This document shows positions 21,237 through 33,950 of a DNA stretch of 64,000 bases, piece after piece (position 1 is the first letter of the stretch; each line of letters opens with the position of its first letter). A program made the translations under genes and the position numbers. This DNA comes from an uncultured Candidatus Rokubacteria bacterium (lineage in GTDB: Bacteria; Methylomirabilota; Methylomirabilia; Rokubacteriales; CSP1-6): positions 160,001-224,000 of the forward strand of contig CAWBMV010000006.1 of assembly GCA_963789955.1 (NCBI GenBank), written 5' to 3'. The notes beneath the pieces were generated by a model. The model was not told the origin of the DNA. It saw nothing but the letters and a program-made list of their open reading frames with translations, and did no database searches.

Positions 21237-21647
21237 ATGGCGTATAGCGATAAGGTTGTCGACCACTACAACAACCCACGGAACGTCGGGTCCTTCACGA
21301 AGGACACTCCGGGAGTGGGTACGGGGCTCGTCGGCGCGCCGGAGTGCGGCGACGTCATGAAGCTCCAGATCAAGGTCAACCTCGACACGGGCGTCATCGA
21401 GGACGCGAAGTTCAAGACGTTCGGGTGCGGCAGCGCCATCGCGTCGTCGAGCCTGGCCACCGAGTGGCTGAAGGGCAAGACGGTCGACGAGGCCGCCAAG
21501 ATCAAGAACACCGACATCGTCAACGAGCTGAAGCTGCCGCCGGTGAAGATCCACTGCTCGGTGCTGGCCGAGGACGCGATCAAGGCGGCCCTGGCCGACT
21601 ACCGGGAGAAGAGCGCATCGGCGGACACTTCGGCGTCGTCGAAATAG
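21237..21647 (+). CDS. iscU: Fe-S scaffold IscU
   Basis: MAYSDKVVDHYNNPRNVG, APECGD, FGCGSA and LPPVKIHC. Confidence 0.96.
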   Translation: MAYSDKVVDHYNNPRNVGSFTKDTPGVGTGLVGAPECGDVMKLQIKVNLDTGVIEDAKFKTFGCGSAIASSSLATEWLKGKTVDEAAKIKNTDIVNELKLPPVKIHCSVLAEDAIKAALADYREKSASADTSASSK

Positions 21648-21669
21648 GTGAGCGGGAGGAACACAACGC

Positions 21670-21998
21670 ATGGCGGTCGCACTGTCGGAAGCAGCGGCGA
21701 AGCAGGTGAAGGAGCTCAAGCAGGCGCAGAACCTGCCGGAGACCGTCTTCCTGCGCATGGGTGTCAAGGGGGGCGGGTGCTCGGGGATGTCGTACACCCT
21801 CGAGTTCGACACCGAGATCGGTCCCCACGACAAGTCTTCGAGATCGACGGCATCAAGGTCGTGGTCGACAAGAAGAGCTACCTGTACCTGAACGGCACAA
21901 CGCTCGACTACGTCCAGCAGGGGCTGACGGGTGGCTTCACCTTCGTCAACCCCAAGGCGAAGTCGAGCTGTGGATGCGGCACGTCGTTCTCGGCGTAG
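21670..21998 (+). CDS. iscA: A-type Fe-S carrier IscA (frameshift near 21833)
   Basis: GGGCSGMSY and SCGCGTSF. Confidence 0.92.
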
Positions 21999-22017
21999 CC
22001 GGGGCCGGAACCACAAG

Positions 22018-22050
22018 GAACGGGCCCGGCGGAGGGCCCGTTCGCATTTT
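22018..22050 (+). terminator. Hairpin between iscA and hscB (terminator or mRNA stabiliser)
   Basis: GAACGGGCCC-6 nt-GGGCCCGTTC followed by gcatttt. Confidence 0.55.
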
Positions 22051-22075
22051 GGGCAGGGGCGTGAAGGGGAGGGCT

Positions 22076-22656
22076 GTGGATCACTTCGAGGTCTTCGGGT
22101 TGCCGCGCCGACTCGGCATCGACACCGCCGAGCTGCAGCGAAAGTTCTACGAGCTCTCGCGCCGCGGCCATCCTGACTTCCACCAGGGCGAGACACGCCG
22201 AGCGCCAGGCGGAAATCCTCGAGGCCTCCGCGCGCCTCAACGCCGCGTACCGGGCACTGCGCGATCCGATCGCCCGTGTCGAGTACCTGGTCCGCCTCGA
22301 AGAAGGGCGCAAGACGCGCGAAGGCGCCACGGTGAAGCCGAAGGCACCGCCCGAGCTGCTCGCAGAGATGTTCGAGATCCAGGAGAGCGCTCCAGGAGGC
22401 CAAGTCCGCCGGCAGCGGCTGGACGACGCCGACGCGCAGCAGACGCTCGTCGCCCAGCGCGACCGGCTCCGGGCGCGCTACGAGCAGGAAGAGGCTCGGC
22501 TGCGTGGGCCGCTCAGCCAGGCGTGGGACGCGGCCGCGGCCGCTGAACGCGCGGCGGCGCTCAACGCCTTCAAAGACGTCGCTGGCGGACGCGGGCCTAT
22601 CTGCGGACCGTGATCGACGACATCGACGAAGCGCTCGGAGACATCGCAGGAGACCC

Positions 22657-22679
<23 letters not shown>
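22076..22679 (+). CDS. hscB: Co-chaperone HscB (frameshifted; end approximate)
   Basis: [11 protein letters not shown]-domain [21 protein letters not shown] and LLAEMFE. Confidence 0.88.
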
Positions 22680-24493
<1,814 letters not shown>

Positions 24494-24494
<1 letters not shown>

Positions 24495-24817
24495 TGGCGG
24501 TCCACAAGGTGACGTTCCTGCCGCTCAACGTGACCGTCGAGGTCGACGACGAGAAGTACCCGCTCGCCGACCACGGCAAGCCCGGGTCGCTGCTGGACAT
24601 CGCGCTGGCCAACGACATCCATCTCGAGCACAACTGCGGCGGAAGCTGTGCCTGCACGACCTGCCATGTGATCGTGAGGGAGGGCGAGGAGAACCTCTCG
24701 GACATGCAGCCGGACGAAGAGGACCGGCTCGACACGGCCGAGGGGCTCACGATCCACTCGCGGCTGGGCTGTCAGGCGGTCGTGCGCGGCAACGTCGTCG
24801 TGGAGATCCCCAAGTGA
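24494..24817 (+). CDS. fdx: ISC-type [2Fe-2S] ferredoxin
   Basis: [13 protein letters not shown] and SRLGCQ. Confidence 0.92.
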
Positions 24818-25017
24818 TCAAGTGGCGGGACTACGAGGACATCGCGATCGCGCTCAGCGAGGGCCATCCGGATCTCGATCCGCTGACGGTCCGGTTCACC
24901 GATCTCCACCGCTGGGTGACCGAGCTTCCCGGCTTCACCGACGACCCGAAGGGGTCCAACGAGAAGATCCTCGAGGCGATCCAGATGGCCTGGCTGGACG
25001 AATACCGGAACCGATGA
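24814..25017 (+). CDS. iscX: Fe-S assembly protein IscX
   Basis: [13 protein letters not shown]...[14 protein letters not shown]...[12 protein letters not shown]. Confidence 0.93.
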   Translation: MIKWRDYEDIAIALSEGHPDLDPLTVRFTDLHRWVTELPGFTDDPKGSNEKILEAIQMAWLDEYRNR

Positions 25018-25040
25018 CGCGAGTGGTCGCGGGCGGACGC

Positions 25041-25268
25041 CTACCAGGTCACGACCTGGTCGGCCTCGAAGATCAGCTCGAGCAGCTGACCGTACGAGAG
25101 GTCGCCGTCGAGGCGGCGCACCGTCGCGCCCGCCGGCAGACCGGACGCGGCGCCGCCCGGCAGGACGACGACCGTGACGCGATCGCCGCGCCGCGCAGAT
25201 GGTGATCGACCACGGTCCACGGCGAGCGTGGTGTCCGAACCCTTGACCAGATGGAGCACCGCGGCCAT
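25041..25268 (-). CDS. DsrH/TusB-like small protein
   Basis: VLHLVK N-terminus and LSYGQLLELIFEADQVVTW C-terminus; third gene of the DsrE-like trio. Confidence 0.7.
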   Translation of the reverse strand: MAAVLHLVKGSDTTLAVDRGRSPSARRGDRVTVVVLPGGAASGLPAGATVRRLDGDLSYGQLLELIFEADQVVTW

Positions 25269-25624
25269 CAGAACACCAGGAACCGGCGGCCGCGCTGGAC
25301 GAGGGCGGCGATCTCGTCGCGGGTCACCGGAATGACGGCGTGGCCGTCGGCGTTCCAGCTCGCGTCGGTCGGCACGGCGTCCTTCTCGACGTGGAACGGC
25401 ACGCCGAGCGATTTGAGGTTCGCCCGGAACTTCGCGATCTCGTCGCCGTCGACGAGCTCGTCGGTGTCCTCGTCGAGCAGGTGGACGCCGGCGCCCAGCA
25501 GCACGAAGGTGACGTCGTTCTCGCCCGCGACGACGCCGAGGCCGATGCGCATCGCCTCGTTCGCGCGATGGGACACGCGCGGGTCCGTCGAGATGAGGAC
25601 GATGACCGGCGGGCTGGCGATCAC
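25268..25624 (-). CDS. DsrF/TusC-like (DsrE family) protein
   Basis: VLISTDPRVSHRANEAMRIGLG followed by VTFVLLGAGV; ends RFLVF; no Cys. Confidence 0.72.
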   Translation of the reverse strand: MIASPPVIVLISTDPRVSHRANEAMRIGLGVVAGENDVTFVLLGAGVHLLDEDTDELVDGDEIAKFRANLKSLGVPFHVEKDAVPTDASWNADGHAVIPVTRDEIAALVQRGRRFLVF

Positions 25625-25629
25625 GGAGA

Positions 25630-25954
25630 TCAGTTGAGCGCGATGAACCGGTCGGTGGCGTTGATCAGGTCGGTCAGGACGACGAGGCCGCAGTAGGTCA
25701 CGCGTGTCGGCGTCGCGCAGAGGGATACGACGCTTCTGGCAGCCGTAGGCGCACACGAACAGCTTGGCGCCGCGCTCCGGCAGGGCGCGAACGCGCGGAT
25801 CGTCCAGCGCGGTGACTCCGTCGTCGATGAGGTACAGGTAGAGATCCGCGCCGCGCTCGAGCGCCGCGCTCGAGAGACCGACGGCCGTCTCGAGGTTCGG
25901 ATGATCGCGCCCCGTGGACAGCAGAACGCCGAGCTTCTTCTTCGCGAGGTCCAT
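25630..25954 (-). CDS. DsrE/TusD-like sulfur relay protein (frameshift near 25705)
   Basis: LYLYLIDDGV, LFVCAYGCQKR and GLVVLTDLINATDRFIALN. Confidence 0.8.
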
Positions 25955-25996
25955 CGCGGATCGAGCGTAGCATCGTAAAAAATGGAGAGCAAGCCG

Positions 25997-27154
25997 ATGA
26001 GCCGTCGAGTGTACCTGGATTACAACGCGTCGACCCCCGTCCATCCGGAAGTGCTCGCCGAGATGCTGCCGTACTTCGCGGACGTCTACGGCAATCCGTC
26101 GAGCATCCACGGGTTCGGGCGTGAGGCGCGCGAAGGCATGGACCTGGCGCGCGAGCGGGTCGCGAAGTTCCTGAAGGTGGCGAGCCAGGAGATCGTCTTC
26201 ACCTCCGGCGGGACCGAGTCGGACAATTTCGCGGTGAAGGGGCTCGCGCTCGCCAAGGGCAGGGGCCACCTCATCACCTCGCAGGTCGAGCACCACGCGG
26301 TGCTCCGCGCGTGCCGGGCGCTCGAGGCCCAGGGCTTCGGCCTGACCTGCCTCGGCGTCGACGAGCACGGCATGGTCGACCCCGACGAGGTGCGGCGCGC
26401 GATTCGCCCGGACACCCTGGCGATCAGCATCATGCACGCCAACAGCGAGGTCGGCACGCTCCAGCCGATCGAGGCGATCGGCCGTATCGCGCGCGAGCAC
26501 GGCGTGCCGTTCCATGTCGACGCGGTGCAGACCTTCGGCAAGCTGCCGATCGACCTCGACCTGCTCGGCATCGACATGCTGTCGTTCTCGGCCCACAAGA
26601 TCTACGGGCCGAAGGGCGCGGCCGGGCTCTACATCCGCAAGGGCACCAAGATGGTCGCGGTCCAGCACGGCGGCGAGCACGAGCGGCGCCGGCGCGCGGG
26701 CACCGAGAACGTGGCGGGCATCGTCGGGCTCGGCAAGGCGGTGGAAGTGCGGGCCCGCGACATGGCCGCGGAGGCCGAGCGGCTGACGGGCCTCCGCGAT
26801 CGGCTCTGGAACGGGATTCGCGAGCGCGTGCCCGACGTGAAGCTGTCCGGCCACCCGACCAAGCGGCTCCCGGGTACCGCGAGCCTGCTCTTCCGCCACG
26901 TCGAGTCCGAGTCGATCGTGCTCGGCCTCGACCTGAAGGGGATCGGCGTCTCGGCCGGCTCGGCGTGCACCTCCGGCAACGTCGAACCGTCGCACGTCCT
27001 GGTCGCGATGGGCGTCGCGGTCGACTGGGCCATGGGCGCAGTCCGATGCTCGCTCGGACGCTCGACCAGCGCCGACGACATCGACTACGTCGTCGCGTGC
27101 GTCGAGCCGCTCGTCAAGAAGCTCCGGCAGGCGATGCCGGTCGGCGCGGCATGA
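25997..27154 (+). CDS. nifS: Cysteine desulfurase (NifS/IscS group I), intact
   Basis: [30 protein letters not shown] and SAGSACTSG all canonical. Confidence 0.92.
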   Translation: MSRRVYLDYNASTPVHPEVLAEMLPYFADVYGNPSSIHGFGREAREGMDLARERVAKFLKVASQEIVFTSGGTESDNFAVKGLALAKGRGHLITSQVEHHAVLRACRALEAQGFGLTCLGVDEHGMVDPDEVRRAIRPDTLAISIMHANSEVGTLQPIEAIGRIAREHGVPFHVDAVQTFGKLPIDLDLLGIDMLSFSAHKIYGPKGAAGLYIRKGTKMVAVQHGGEHERRRRAGTENVAGIVGLGKAVEVRARDMAAEAERLTGLRDRLWNGIRERVPDVKLSGHPTKRLPGTASLLFRHVESESIVLGLDLKGIGVSAGSACTSGNVEPSHVLVAMGVAVDWAMGAVRCSLGRSTSADDIDYVVACVEPLVKKLRQAMPVGAA

Positions 27155-27185
27155 GCGGTCGCCCCCGGCCGGAGCGAGGCTGACG

Positions 27186-27848
27186 GTGTTCGCGGAGCTC
27201 CGGCGCGACATCCAGGCGGTGCGTGATCGGGACCCCGCCGCGCGCTCCACGCTCGAGGTGCTGCTCTGCTATCCGGGTGTCCACGCGCTCGCGTGCCATC
27301 GGTTCGCGCACGCGATCTGGCGGCGCGGCTGGAAGATCCCCGCGCGCTTCCTGTCTCACATCGCCCGGTTCTTCACCGGCATCGAGATCCATCCCGCGGC
27401 CAAGCTCGGGCCCGGCCTCTTCATCGACCACGGCATGGGCGTCGTCATCGGCGAGACCGCCGAGGTCGGGGAGAACGTCACCCTGCTCCAGGGCGTGACG
27501 CTCGGCGGCACGAGCCTCAAGCGGGAGAAGCGCCATCCGACCCTCGGCGACAACGTCGTCGTCGGCGCCGGCGCCAAGATCATCGGCGCGTTCAAGATCG
27601 GGGACGGCAGCCGCATCGGCGCCGGCTCGGTCGTCGTCCGCGAGGTGCCGACGAACTCCGTTGTCGTGGGCGTTCCGGGCCGGGTAACATATCGGGACGG
27701 TCAGCGGGTGGCCGGCGGGATCGATCTGGATCAGACCGATCTGCCGGACCCCGTGAGCAAGGCCATCGAGCAGCTCGTCGAGCGGATTCGAGCTCTCGAG
27801 GACGAGCTCGAGACGGTGAAAAAGAAAGTCGAGGAGGAACACGCGTGA
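27186..27848 (+). CDS. cysE: Serine O-acetyltransferase
   Basis: [29 protein letters not shown] and KRHPTLG. Confidence 0.95.
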   Translation: MFAELRRDIQAVRDRDPAARSTLEVLLCYPGVHALACHRFAHAIWRRGWKIPARFLSHIARFFTGIEIHPAAKLGPGLFIDHGMGVVIGETAEVGENVTLLQGVTLGGTSLKREKRHPTLGDNVVVGAGAKIIGAFKIGDGSRIGAGSVVVREVPTNSVVVGVPGRVTYRDGQRVAGGIDLDQTDLPDPVSKAIEQLVERIRALEDELETVKKKVEEEHA

Positions 27849-28024
27849 ACCCCAAGGACATGCTGAGCCTCAAGGAAGCGTCGACGTATCTCGGCATGGA
27901 TGAGCGCGCGCTCGCGTCGCTCGCCACCGAGCGGCGCATCCCGTCGTTGCAGCTCGACGGCGCCTGGATGTTCTCCAAGAAGTCGATCGACAAGTGGCGG
28001 GGTCAGCAGACGCCACGCCCGTGA
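27845..28024 (+). CDS. Small excisionase-like helix-turn-helix protein
   Basis: [12 protein letters not shown]...[15 protein letters not shown] start overlaps the cysE stop. Confidence 0.75.
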   Translation: MNPKDMLSLKEASTYLGMDERALASLATERRIPSLQLDGAWMFSKKSIDKWRGQQTPRP

Positions 28025-28585
28025 TCTCGCGCGACGAGGCCTGGTCCGTCCTCACCGAGTTCACCAAGAGCGATAGTCTCCGCAAGCACGCCCGCGCCGT
28101 CGAAGCCTCGATGCGCGCCTACGCCGGCCGTTACGGCGAGGACCCGGACGCGTGGGGCGTGACCGGCATGCTCCACGACTTCGACTACGAGATGCACCCG
28201 CGCGCGCCGCATCACCCCATCAAGGGCGCCGAGATCTTGATATCGCGCGGCGTGTCCGAGCCGATCGTGCACGCGATCCTGGCCCACGCCGACTATTCCG
28301 GCGTGCCGCGCGTCTCGCGCCTCGACAAGGCTCTCTACGCCTGCGACGAGCTCTCCGGCTTCGTGCACGCGGTGCGCCCTGGTCCGGCCCGGCCGGGTGA
28401 TCACCGGGCTCGAGCCGCCTTCGGTCAAGAAGAAGCTCAAGGACAAGGCGTTCGCCCGCACCGTGAACCGCGACGACGTCTACCGCGGCGCGACCGAGCT
28501 CGGCGTCGATCTCGACGCCCACATCGCCTTCGTCATCGCCGCCCTCACCGAAGTCGCCCCCGAAATCGGCCTCGCCCGCACCTGA
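28021..28585 (+). CDS. HD/HDIG-domain hydrolase (frameshift near 28372)
   Basis: LRKHARAVEA, GMLHDFDYE, ACDELSG and KDKAFARTVNR. Confidence 0.85.
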
Positions 28586-28715
28586 CCCGAGCGAGGCTGA
28601 GTAACGCCTCCCGATGCCTAGGCCACGACCCCCGAGGTGCCGATCGCACCCGCCGCCGGGCGGGACGTACAGACAAGGCCAACGGGATGCGCGCGCGACG
28701 CGCGTGATCAGGATT

Positions 28716-28864
28716 GCGTGCGGGGTGGGCCGGGGGCGGGGGCCCCTTCCGTGACCCGTGTAGTCAGGGTCGATCTCGATATACGCGCGTCGTACGACGA
28801 CGCCGCGGGCTGTCCGCTAGCGTGGTCGCGGAAGGGGCCCCCGCCCTCGGCCCGCCCCGCACGC
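28716..28864 (+). repeat. 41-bp inverted repeat around a 67-nt spacer (MITE-like or structured RNA)
   Basis: Arms 28716-28756 and 28824-28864 pair at 38/41 Watson-Crick positions; the other three are G-T. Confidence 0.8.
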
Positions 28865-28870
28865 CGCGCC

Positions 28871-30056
28871 ATGACCGCGCGCGACGAGAGCGATCACACA
28901 CGTCGACATGGACGCCTTCTACGCGGCGGTCGAGCAGCGCGACCGCCCCGAGCTGCGCGGACGGCCCGTGATCGTGGGCGCGAGCCCGACGGGCCGCGGC
29001 GTCGTCTCGGCCGCGTCGTACGAGGCGCGAACGTTCGGCGTGCGCTCCGCGATGCCGATCGGCCGCGCGGCGCGGCTCTGCCCGGAAGGGGCCTTTCTTC
29101 CGGTGGACATGGAGAAATACCAGCGCGTCTCCGTCCAGATCATGGGCATCCTGGCCGACTTCTCGCCGCTCGTCGAGCCGGTCTCCGTCGACGAGGCGTT
29201 CGTCGATCTCACGGGCACCGAGTCGCTCTTCGGAAGCCCGGTGGACGCGGTGCGCCAGATCAAGCGGCGGATCCACGCCGAGACCCGCCTCACGGCGTCG
29301 GCGGGGCTCGCCGCCAACAAGTTCGTCGCGAAGGTGGCGTCCGACCTCGAAAAGCCTGACGGCCTCGTCGTCGTCGCGGCCGGTGACGAGGCGCGATTCC
29401 TCGGCGCCTTGCCGATCGAGCGGCTCTGGGGCGTCGGCAAGGTGATGGCGAAGGAGCTGCGCGAGCTCGGCTTCGCGACGATCGGCCAGCTCCAGAAGGC
29501 GCCGCGGGCCGTGCTCGCCAAGCGGTTCGGCAAGCACGGCGATGGGCTCTACGACCTGGCCTACGGACGCGACGACCGGGCGGTCGAGCCGTTCGGCGTG
29601 CCCAAGTCGATCGGCGCCGAGGAGACCTTCGGCGCCGACTGTACGGATCACGAAAAGCTCCGGACCACCCTGCGCGCTCACGCGGAGCGCGTGGCCGCCG
29701 AGCTGAGAGACGGGGGCTACGCGGCCGGCCGCATCACCGTGAAGCTTCGACTCGCCCCATTCGAGACGCACACCCGCAGCATCACCGGCGAGCCGACCCA
29801 GGACGGCCTCGAGCTCTACCGCCGCGCCCTGGCGCTGCTCGAGCGCGATCCCGTGACGCGACCCGTCCGCCTCATCGGGCTTTCCGCGGGTCGCCTCGGC
29901 CCGGCGGGCGCGGGCCAGCTCGATCTGCTGGATCCCGCGGCGCTACGACGTGAGCGGCTGGCTCGCGTGGTCGACCGGCTGACGGCTCGATTCGGAGAGG
30001 GCGCGGTAGTCCCCGCGACCTTGCTGGGGCGACGGCGCCACCACGACGACGACTGA
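28871..30056 (+). CDS. dinB: DNA polymerase IV (Y family; frameshift near the start)
   Basis: HVDMDAFYAAVE, SYEARTFGVRSAM, SVDEAFVD, AKVASDLEKPDG and LWGVG. Confidence 0.93.
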
Positions 30057-30112
30057 CGGGGCGGGAAGGAGCCGCCGATGCCGCTCGGCGACTCCTCCGC
30101 CGCCATCGAGAC

Positions 30113-31294
30113 CTAGAAGCTCAGAGGCTCGGTCAGGCGCACCCAGCGGCCGCCCTTGACCACCGCGAGGAATGCCGAGTTCGCACCCTGGTGCTTGTCG
30201 GGGCCGAAGCTCGCTTCGGGCCCGTTGAAGATGTCCTTGTAGCTCTTGATCGACTCCATGCCCTTGACGAAGCTGTCGGTCGTCAGATCGGCGCCCGCCC
30301 TTTCGAGTCCGACCACGGTCAGATCGGCGGCGACCCAGCCATACACGGCGCCGATGTTCGGGTCGACCTTGTAGCGTTCTTTGTAGCGATCGAACCACCC
30401 CTGCGCCGTCGGGCTCAACGTGTCGCGGTACGGCATGTCGGTCAGCCCCATGGCGTAGAGCCCTTCGGTGACGCCGCCCTGCGCCCCGGCGACGAAGAGA
30501 TCGTAGCTGGCGGTCGAGCCGAAGAAGTCGACGTCGGTCCAGCCGATCTTGCGCGCCGTCGCGTACGGCACGATCGAGTCGCGCACGATCGTGCCGAACA
30601 CGACCAGGTCGCAGTTGGCCGCCTTGAGCTTGGTGATCTGCGCCGTGAAGTCCTGGTCGGTCGGCTTGTGCGTGGTCGTCTCGACGATCTTCACCTTCAT
30701 CTTGTCGGCCTGTAGCTGCACGCCGTCGAGCACTTCCTTGCCGAAGTCGGTGTCCTGGTACATGACGCAGAGCGCCTTCTTGCCCTTCTTGGTCACGAAG
30801 TAGTTGATGCCGGCGCGCACCTGGTCGACGTACGACGCGGCCCCGTAGAATTTCAGCTTGTGGAAGGGCTCGTACATCGAGCGCGCGGCCGAGAGGGGAA
30901 AGAGATTCGGCACGCCCGCGTCGAACTGCTCCTTGAAGAGCGCATTGTTCATCGGGGTGCCGAGCCCGGCGACCATGGCGAAGATGTGGTCGCGGTTGAT
31001 CAGCTTCGTGCCGGCCTGCACGGCCCGCGGCACCTGGTACTGAGTGTCCTCGACCACCAGCCTGATCTTGCGGCCGTGGACGCCGCCCTTCTCGTTGAGC
31101 TCGTCGAACCGCATCTTCACGGCGTTCGACGACGAGACGCCGTAGGTGGCGGCCGGCCCCGAGAGGTCGGTGTGCATCCCCAGGACGATCTCGGTCTTGC
31201 TGACGCCGCGGGTCTCCTTCTGCGCCGCCGCGACACCGGCCAGCGCGACCGCGCCGATCAGCACTCCCACCGTGAGCAATCGAACCCTCATCAT
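30113..31294 (-). CDS. LivK/J-like ABC substrate-binding protein
   Basis: Signal peptide, DLSGPAA and GGVHGRKIRLVVED. Confidence 0.9.
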   Translation of the reverse strand: MMRVRLLTVGVLIGAVALAGVAAAQKETRGVSKTEIVLGMHTDLSGPAATYGVSSSNAVKMRFDELNEKGGVHGRKIRLVVEDTQYQVPRAVQAGTKLINRDHIFAMVAGLGTPMNNALFKEQFDAGVPNLFPLSAARSMYEPFHKLKFYGAASYVDQVRAGINYFVTKKGKKALCVMYQDTDFGKEVLDGVQLQADKMKVKIVETTTHKPTDQDFTAQITKLKAANCDLVVFGTIVRDSIVPYATARKIGWTDVDFFGSTASYDLFVAGAQGGVTEGLYAMGLTDMPYRDTLSPTAQGWFDRYKERYKVDPNIGAVYGWVAADLTVVGLERAGADLTTDSFVKGMESIKSYKDIFNGPEASFGPDKHQGANSAFLAVVKGGRWVRLTEPLSF

Positions 31295-31344
31295 GCGCTC
31301 CTTTCGTCGTGACGCCAGGACCGTGACGTGGCCGCCGAGCGGCG

Positions 31345-33183
31345 CTACGCCTCGGCGTACATGGCGTCGATCACGTCCTTGTACTTTCGGTTGACGTACG
31401 CGCGCTTGAGCTTCATCGTCGGCGTGAGCTCCTCGTCCTCCGCGGTGAGGATCTGCTCGATCAGCCGGAACTTCTTGATGGTCTCGACCCGCGCCAGCTG
31501 TCGATTGACCCGGTCGATCTCGCCGCCGATCAGGCTCTGGACCTCGTCCGTTCGGCAGAGCGAGGCGAAGTTCGTGAACGGCACGTTCCGCTCCTGCGCG
31601 AACTGCGCCACGGTCTCGTGGTCGATCATGACCAGGCAGGACAGGAACTTCCGCTTGTCGCCGATGACCACGGCATCGGAGATGTAGGGCGAGAACTTGA
31701 GCTGGTTCTCGATCTCGGACGGCGTGACGTTCTTGCCGCCGGCCGTGATGATGATGTCCTTCATGCGGTCGGTGATCCGGACGAACCCCTGATCGTCCAT
31801 GACGCCCACGTCGCCGGTGTGCAGCCAGCCGTCGACCACGGTTTCCGCGGTCTTCGTCGGGTTCTTATAGTAGCCGAGGAAGACGTGGGGGCCCTTCAGC
31901 AAGATCTCTCCCTCGGCGGAGATGCGGACTTCGGTGCCGGGCCGGGCGATGCCCACGGTGCCGAGCTTGATACGGTCGACCGGCATGGCCGTGGCGAGCC
32001 CGCAGTTCTCGGTCTGGCCGTAGACCTCGCGCATGTCGATGCCGAGCGCCATGTACCACTTGATGAGATCGGGCGCGATCGGCGCGGCGCCGGTCGCGGT
32101 GCCGCGGGCGCGGTGCAGGCCCATCGAGCGCTTGACGTTGTCGAGCACGAAGAAGTCGGCGATCCGGAACAGCAGGCGAAGACCGACGCCGGGCCGGCGG
32201 CCGGCGACGCGGTGCTCGGCCACGCGTGCGCCGACGGAGAGCGCCCAGTGGTAGGCGAGCCGTCCCGGACGCGTGGCATCCCGCATCCGGAGGGCGACGG
32301 CCGAGTAGAGCTTCTCCCAGATCCGCGGCACCGCGAAGAAGAGTGCCGGAGCGACTTCGCGGAGGTTGTCCGGCACGGTGTCGATGCTCTCGGCGAAGTT
32401 GACGGTGGCCCCGGTTCGGAGCGGATTGAACACGCTGACCGTGCGCTCGGCGATGTGGCAGAGCGGGAGGAACGAGAGCTGCTGGTCGCCTTCGTGGAGC
32501 TCGGTGACGTAGTCGGAGTAGTCGATCTGGAACAAGATGTTGCGGTGACTCAGCATCGCTCCCTTCGGCGGTCCCGTCGTGCCCGACGTGTAGACCAGGA
32601 TCGCCAGATCGTCGGGCCGAGCGAGCTCGACCAGGCGCTCGAAGGCGCCGGGATTCTCCGCCTCGTGGCGGAGGCCCAGCTCGAGCAGCTCGTCGAACGA
32701 CATCACTTGCTCGTCCTTGAAGGCGTGAAGCCCCTCGAGGTCGAAGACGATGATCTTCACGAGCTGGGGGCAGTTGCCGCGGACCTCGAGGATCTTGTCG
32801 AGCTGCTCCTCGTCGGCGGCGAAGAAGAAGCGGGTGCCGCTGTCGTTCACGATGTATTCGACCTGCCGCGCCGAGTCCGTCGTGTAGATCCCGTTGGTGA
32901 CGCCGCCGACCGAGAGCGTCCCGAGATCGGTGTAGAGCCACTCGGGGCAGTTGTCGGCCATGATCGAGACGACGTCGCGGTGGCGCAGACCGAGCGCGAC
33001 CAGCCCGAGCCCGACGTGCCGCGCCCGCTCGCCGTACTCGTGCCAGCTGACGGCTCGCCAGACGCCCAGCTCCTTCTCGCGCATGGCCACCCGGGCCCCG
33101 CGCTCGCGCACGACGTGGCGAAAGAGCTTCGGCAAGGTGTCCTGGCCGAAGACGGTGGTCGAAGTGCCGGTCGTCACCGCCAT
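31345..33183 (-). CDS. Long-chain fatty acid-CoA ligase (AMP-binding)
   Basis: YTSGTTGPPKG, YGQTE, GWLHTGD, DRMKDIIITAGGKN and LTPTMKLKR. Confidence 0.92.
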   Translation of the reverse strand: MAVTTGTSTTVFGQDTLPKLFRHVVRERGARVAMREKELGVWRAVSWHEYGERARHVGLGLVALGLRHRDVVSIMADNCPEWLYTDLGTLSVGGVTNGIYTTDSARQVEYIVNDSGTRFFFAADEEQLDKILEVRGNCPQLVKIIVFDLEGLHAFKDEQVMSFDELLELGLRHEAENPGAFERLVELARPDDLAILVYTSGTTGPPKGAMLSHRNILFQIDYSDYVTELHEGDQQLSFLPLCHIAERTVSVFNPLRTGATVNFAESIDTVPDNLREVAPALFFAVPRIWEKLYSAVALRMRDATRPGRLAYHWALSVGARVAEHRVAGRRPGVGLRLLFRIADFFVLDNVKRSMGLHRARGTATGAAPIAPDLIKWYMALGIDMREVYGQTENCGLATAMPVDRIKLGTVGIARPGTEVRISAEGEILLKGPHVFLGYYKNPTKTAETVVDGWLHTGDVGVMDDQGFVRITDRMKDIIITAGGKNVTPSEIENQLKFSPYISDAVVIGDKRKFLSCLVMIDHETVAQFAQERNVPFTNFASLCRTDEVQSLIGGEIDRVNRQLARVETIKKFRLIEQILTAEDEELTPTMKLKRAYVNRKYKDVIDAMYAEA

Positions 33184-33947
33184 GTCTTCTTCCTCTTCCA
33201 GCGCCGCGTGCCGCGGACGCCCGACTCCTTCATCCCGAGGTAGAACTCCTTGATGTCCTCTTTCTCGAGAAGCCGCGCGCACGTGTCCTCCATCACGATG
33301 CGGCCGACCTCGAGCACGTAGCCGTAGTCGGCGATGTGGAGCGCCATGTTGGCGTTCTGCTCCACCAGGAGGACGGTCACACCGCGCTCCCGGTTGATGC
33401 GCGCGATGATCTCGAAGATCTCCTTGACGAGCCGGGGCGAGAGGCCGAGCGACGGCTCGTCGAGCAGCATCATCCGCGGCCGCGCCATCAGGGCCCGGCT
33501 GATCGCGAGCATCTGCTGCTCGCCCCCGGAGAGCGAGCCCGCGCGCTGCTCGGCCCGAGACCGGAGCACCGGGAAGTACGAGTAGACCAGCTCCAGATCC
33601 TCGGCGACACCGCCCGCATCCCGCCGCGTGAACGCGCCCATCATGAGGTTCTCTCGAACCGAGAGAAACGGGAACACTTCGCGTCCCTCGGGCACGTGGC
33701 TGATGCCGAGCCGCGTCACCTTGTCGGGATCCATGCCCTGGATCTCGCGGCCCGCGAACGTCACGGTGCCCTTCTGGGGATCCATCACGCCGGACACCGT
33801 CTTGAGGATCGTGCTCTTGCCGGCGCCGTTGGCGCCGAGGATCGTGACGACGGAGCGCTCCGGCACCGCGAAGCTGACGCCGCGGATGGCCATGATCGGA
33901 CCGTAGTAGGTTTCGAGGTTCGCGACGGCGAGCAGCGCGTCGGCCAT
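33174..33947 (-). CDS. LivF-like ABC ATPase
   Basis: GANGAGKST, HVPEGREVF, LSGGEQQ and LDEPSLGL. Confidence 0.92.
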   Translation of the reverse strand: MADALLAVANLETYYGPIMAIRGVSFAVPERSVVTILGANGAGKSTILKTVSGVMDPQKGTVTFAGREIQGMDPDKVTRLGISHVPEGREVFPFLSVRENLMMGAFTRRDAGGVAEDLELVYSYFPVLRSRAEQRAGSLSGGEQQMLAISRALMARPRMMLLDEPSLGLSPRLVKEIFEIIARINRERGVTVLLVEQNANMALHIADYGYVLEVGRIVMEDTCARLLEKEDIKEFYLGMKESGVRGTRRWKRKKTWR

Positions 33948-33950
33948 TCG

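Noticed and set aside
27845..28024. Excisionase-like HTH as a sign of a prophage or integrative element
   Set aside because: There is no integrase, att repeat, tRNA or compositional shift, and the gene is coupled to cysE and the HD gene.
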